Shown piece by piece: positions 62,059-64,000 of a DNA stretch of 64,000 bases (within the stretch, counting starts at the first letter, position 1; every line of letters begins with the position of its first letter). Origin of the DNA: Lingula anatina (Eukaryota; Animalia; Brachiopoda); NCBI GenBank assembly GCA_051362555.1, contig CM120644.1, forward strand, positions 6,704,954 to 6,768,953, given 5' to 3'. The translations under genes were made by a program, and so were the position numbers. Below the pieces are notes generated by a model. The model did no database searches. It was not told the DNA's origin and worked only from the letters and a program-made list of their open reading frames with translations.

Positions 62059-62677
62059 AGAGTGAGAGAGGATATGAATGAATGGATGTGTACATCTAAA
62101 CAGTGTTGGATATAATAAAGGCATTGATGTTACATCTGGCACTGACTTGTAAAACAGATTGTATCATGGTAATACAGACGCCTAATGAATTACTTATGAC
62201 TGCTTGTGTTGTATGGACACGTAGCACATGTCACAAATAGAAGACTTTGTCTTATGCTGATGTTGTAATAAGGATTTTGTTATTATTTTGCATTGCCTAA
62301 AATCTAAATTACTATAATTTCAGAAATTATGGGTTGCTTGGGGGGGGGGGGGGTCAAGTGAATTCGTTGATAAATATTGTCTTACTGTCTGAACAAAATC
62401 ATTTTTCAGTGCATTAAGAATATTTTTCTGTTCCTTACTAAATTTTTTTGACCTTGTACGAATACTACGTGTCTTGAATTGATTTAATTAGGTCTGTGTG
62501 TGTGTGATTGCGTAAGGGGGGGGTGGTGGTCTCGAGACGGCTTTTATTCTTCATTTAGCCAGACCTCTATCACTGTTTATAACTTACAGCCAAGTGGATA
62601 TCTGTTGTGAGGTAAGACTTGGGCCAATTGTGTATCATGATGTGTCTGTCTCTGGAGGAGTCAAGGCCAAAGTCTTA

Positions 62678-62892
62678 GACCCCATTTCCAGAGATTAGAT
62701 CGATCTACTTTAGATCGACCTAACTCCCTGGGGGTTCACGCTAAATAGCTGTCAGCCGGGCAGACACGAAAGTTAATTACCCCCTTACAGCTTGTAGTAG
62801 GCGGGACGGACATTTAAGCCGGATTATCTGACAGTAATCTAGTGAGACTCCCCGCAGGGATAGATCGGTCTAAAAGCTCAGGGAATACAGCC
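62678..62892 (+). mobile_element. PIF/Harbinger MITE, subfamily B
   Basis: Full-length copy with TTA TSD on both sides. Confidence 0.9.
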
Positions 62893-63501
62893 TTATGCCG
62901 CATTTTGCCAGATGACTAACTAGTCCAGGGATTAAATATGTCCTACCTGCTTGAATGCTTGTTTTGTAATCTCTGCAGGGAATCTCTTCACTTTGTATTA
63001 TGTCATGATTAGGGCATGAGATGGGAAGCTTCTACATGGGTTGATATATATTTGATTGGTGTACTAGTTAGTCAGCTGTTGTGAATGTGGTCTTAGCTGA
63101 ATTGAGGATAACAACAACATCCCTCCAGACAGATGAACTTGGATAGACAAATTGAAAAAAAAAAGGGGGGGGGGGGGGACAGGCAACCACTTTTATGTTA
63201 ATCTATTTGTGATATAATAAAATGACTATGATATTTGGCAACAAAAAACGTGAAAAAAAAAACTGCTGTGCGGAATGTGATTATGTAACCATACTGACCA
63301 TATTTTCAGAGGGATAGAACAGGTATTTATTATTAAATTTGTTAGCTTGACTGAAATTGATTTTTGCATGCAATGGCAACTCTCATGTTGTACTGGGTGA
63401 TCCCAGCTCCATGTGTTACCAACAGGGATTGGCAATAAATAAATAGATAAATAAATAAAAATTAGTAAATAAATAATAGTAAATGTGTCCCACATGAAAT
63501 G

Positions 63502-63533
<32 letters not shown>

Positions 63534-64000
63534 GAATAAAATAGATAAACGAAAATTGTCAGAACATCTGAATGAATTAATCATGTGAACAAACAAAAAG
63601 ACACTCAAGAAATGAAGCAAATTATTTTATTTCTTTAGTCCTGATAAAGTGCTGGTTGTTATGTTCACTTCTTTCCATATGTTCTCCTAAGTTATCCCAG
63701 ACTCCCCTATATGTAGAATGTACTACTAGTATTTCAGTATGGCATGCACTGTCACATTTCTCCATGGTTCAGTTCATTAACAGCAATAAAGTAGCTGCTA
63801 AGTGGTTTTAAACACCTCATTTTTTTAACATTAAATTTTTTCAAGGTTTGTGATTTTTTATTTATTTTGAGACACAGAAACATACTTTCTGCAATAAAGT
63901 CACCTGCTTACCTATTCAAAAGTTTTGAATGAGTTTAATTTTATAAATAAATTTAAGAAATTACTAGCTAAGCATTGTTGTTGAAATGCTGTCTCACCTT

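Overview
Eukaryotic (invertebrate animal; exact taxon not determinable from the sequence) genomic DNA, AT-rich and intron-containing. From left to right: (1) a ~1.1-1.5 kb tandem repeat carrying a degenerate tRNA-Asn-like Pol III unit; (2) three tandemly duplicated, two-exon clan-3 (CYP3A-like) cytochrome P450 genes on the minus strand, each with one GC-AG intron and an unusual acid-less I-helix (AGHGT), and each hit by a different transposon (a TSD-less Spy-like DNA element, a Helentron-type element with a 146-bp satellite, PIF/Harbinger MITEs, and an intact, very young Ty3/Gypsy LTR retrotransposon); (3) a 16-coding-exon TTLL4 tubulin glutamylase gene on the plus strand; (4) a convergent 12-coding-exon CCDC148 gene on the minus strand; (5) non-coding sequence with MITEs and a foldback element. 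The most striking unexplained signal is at the TTLL4 3' end. The reading frame hits a single TGA (48020-48022) and then continues in the same frame for 277 more codons. About 40 nt after the second stop lies a sequence matching the primary SECIS pattern. This makes it a candidate for UGA recoding (selenocysteine or readthrough) of a gene I do not know to be recoded. All gene models and alignments were made by eye; no searches were run.
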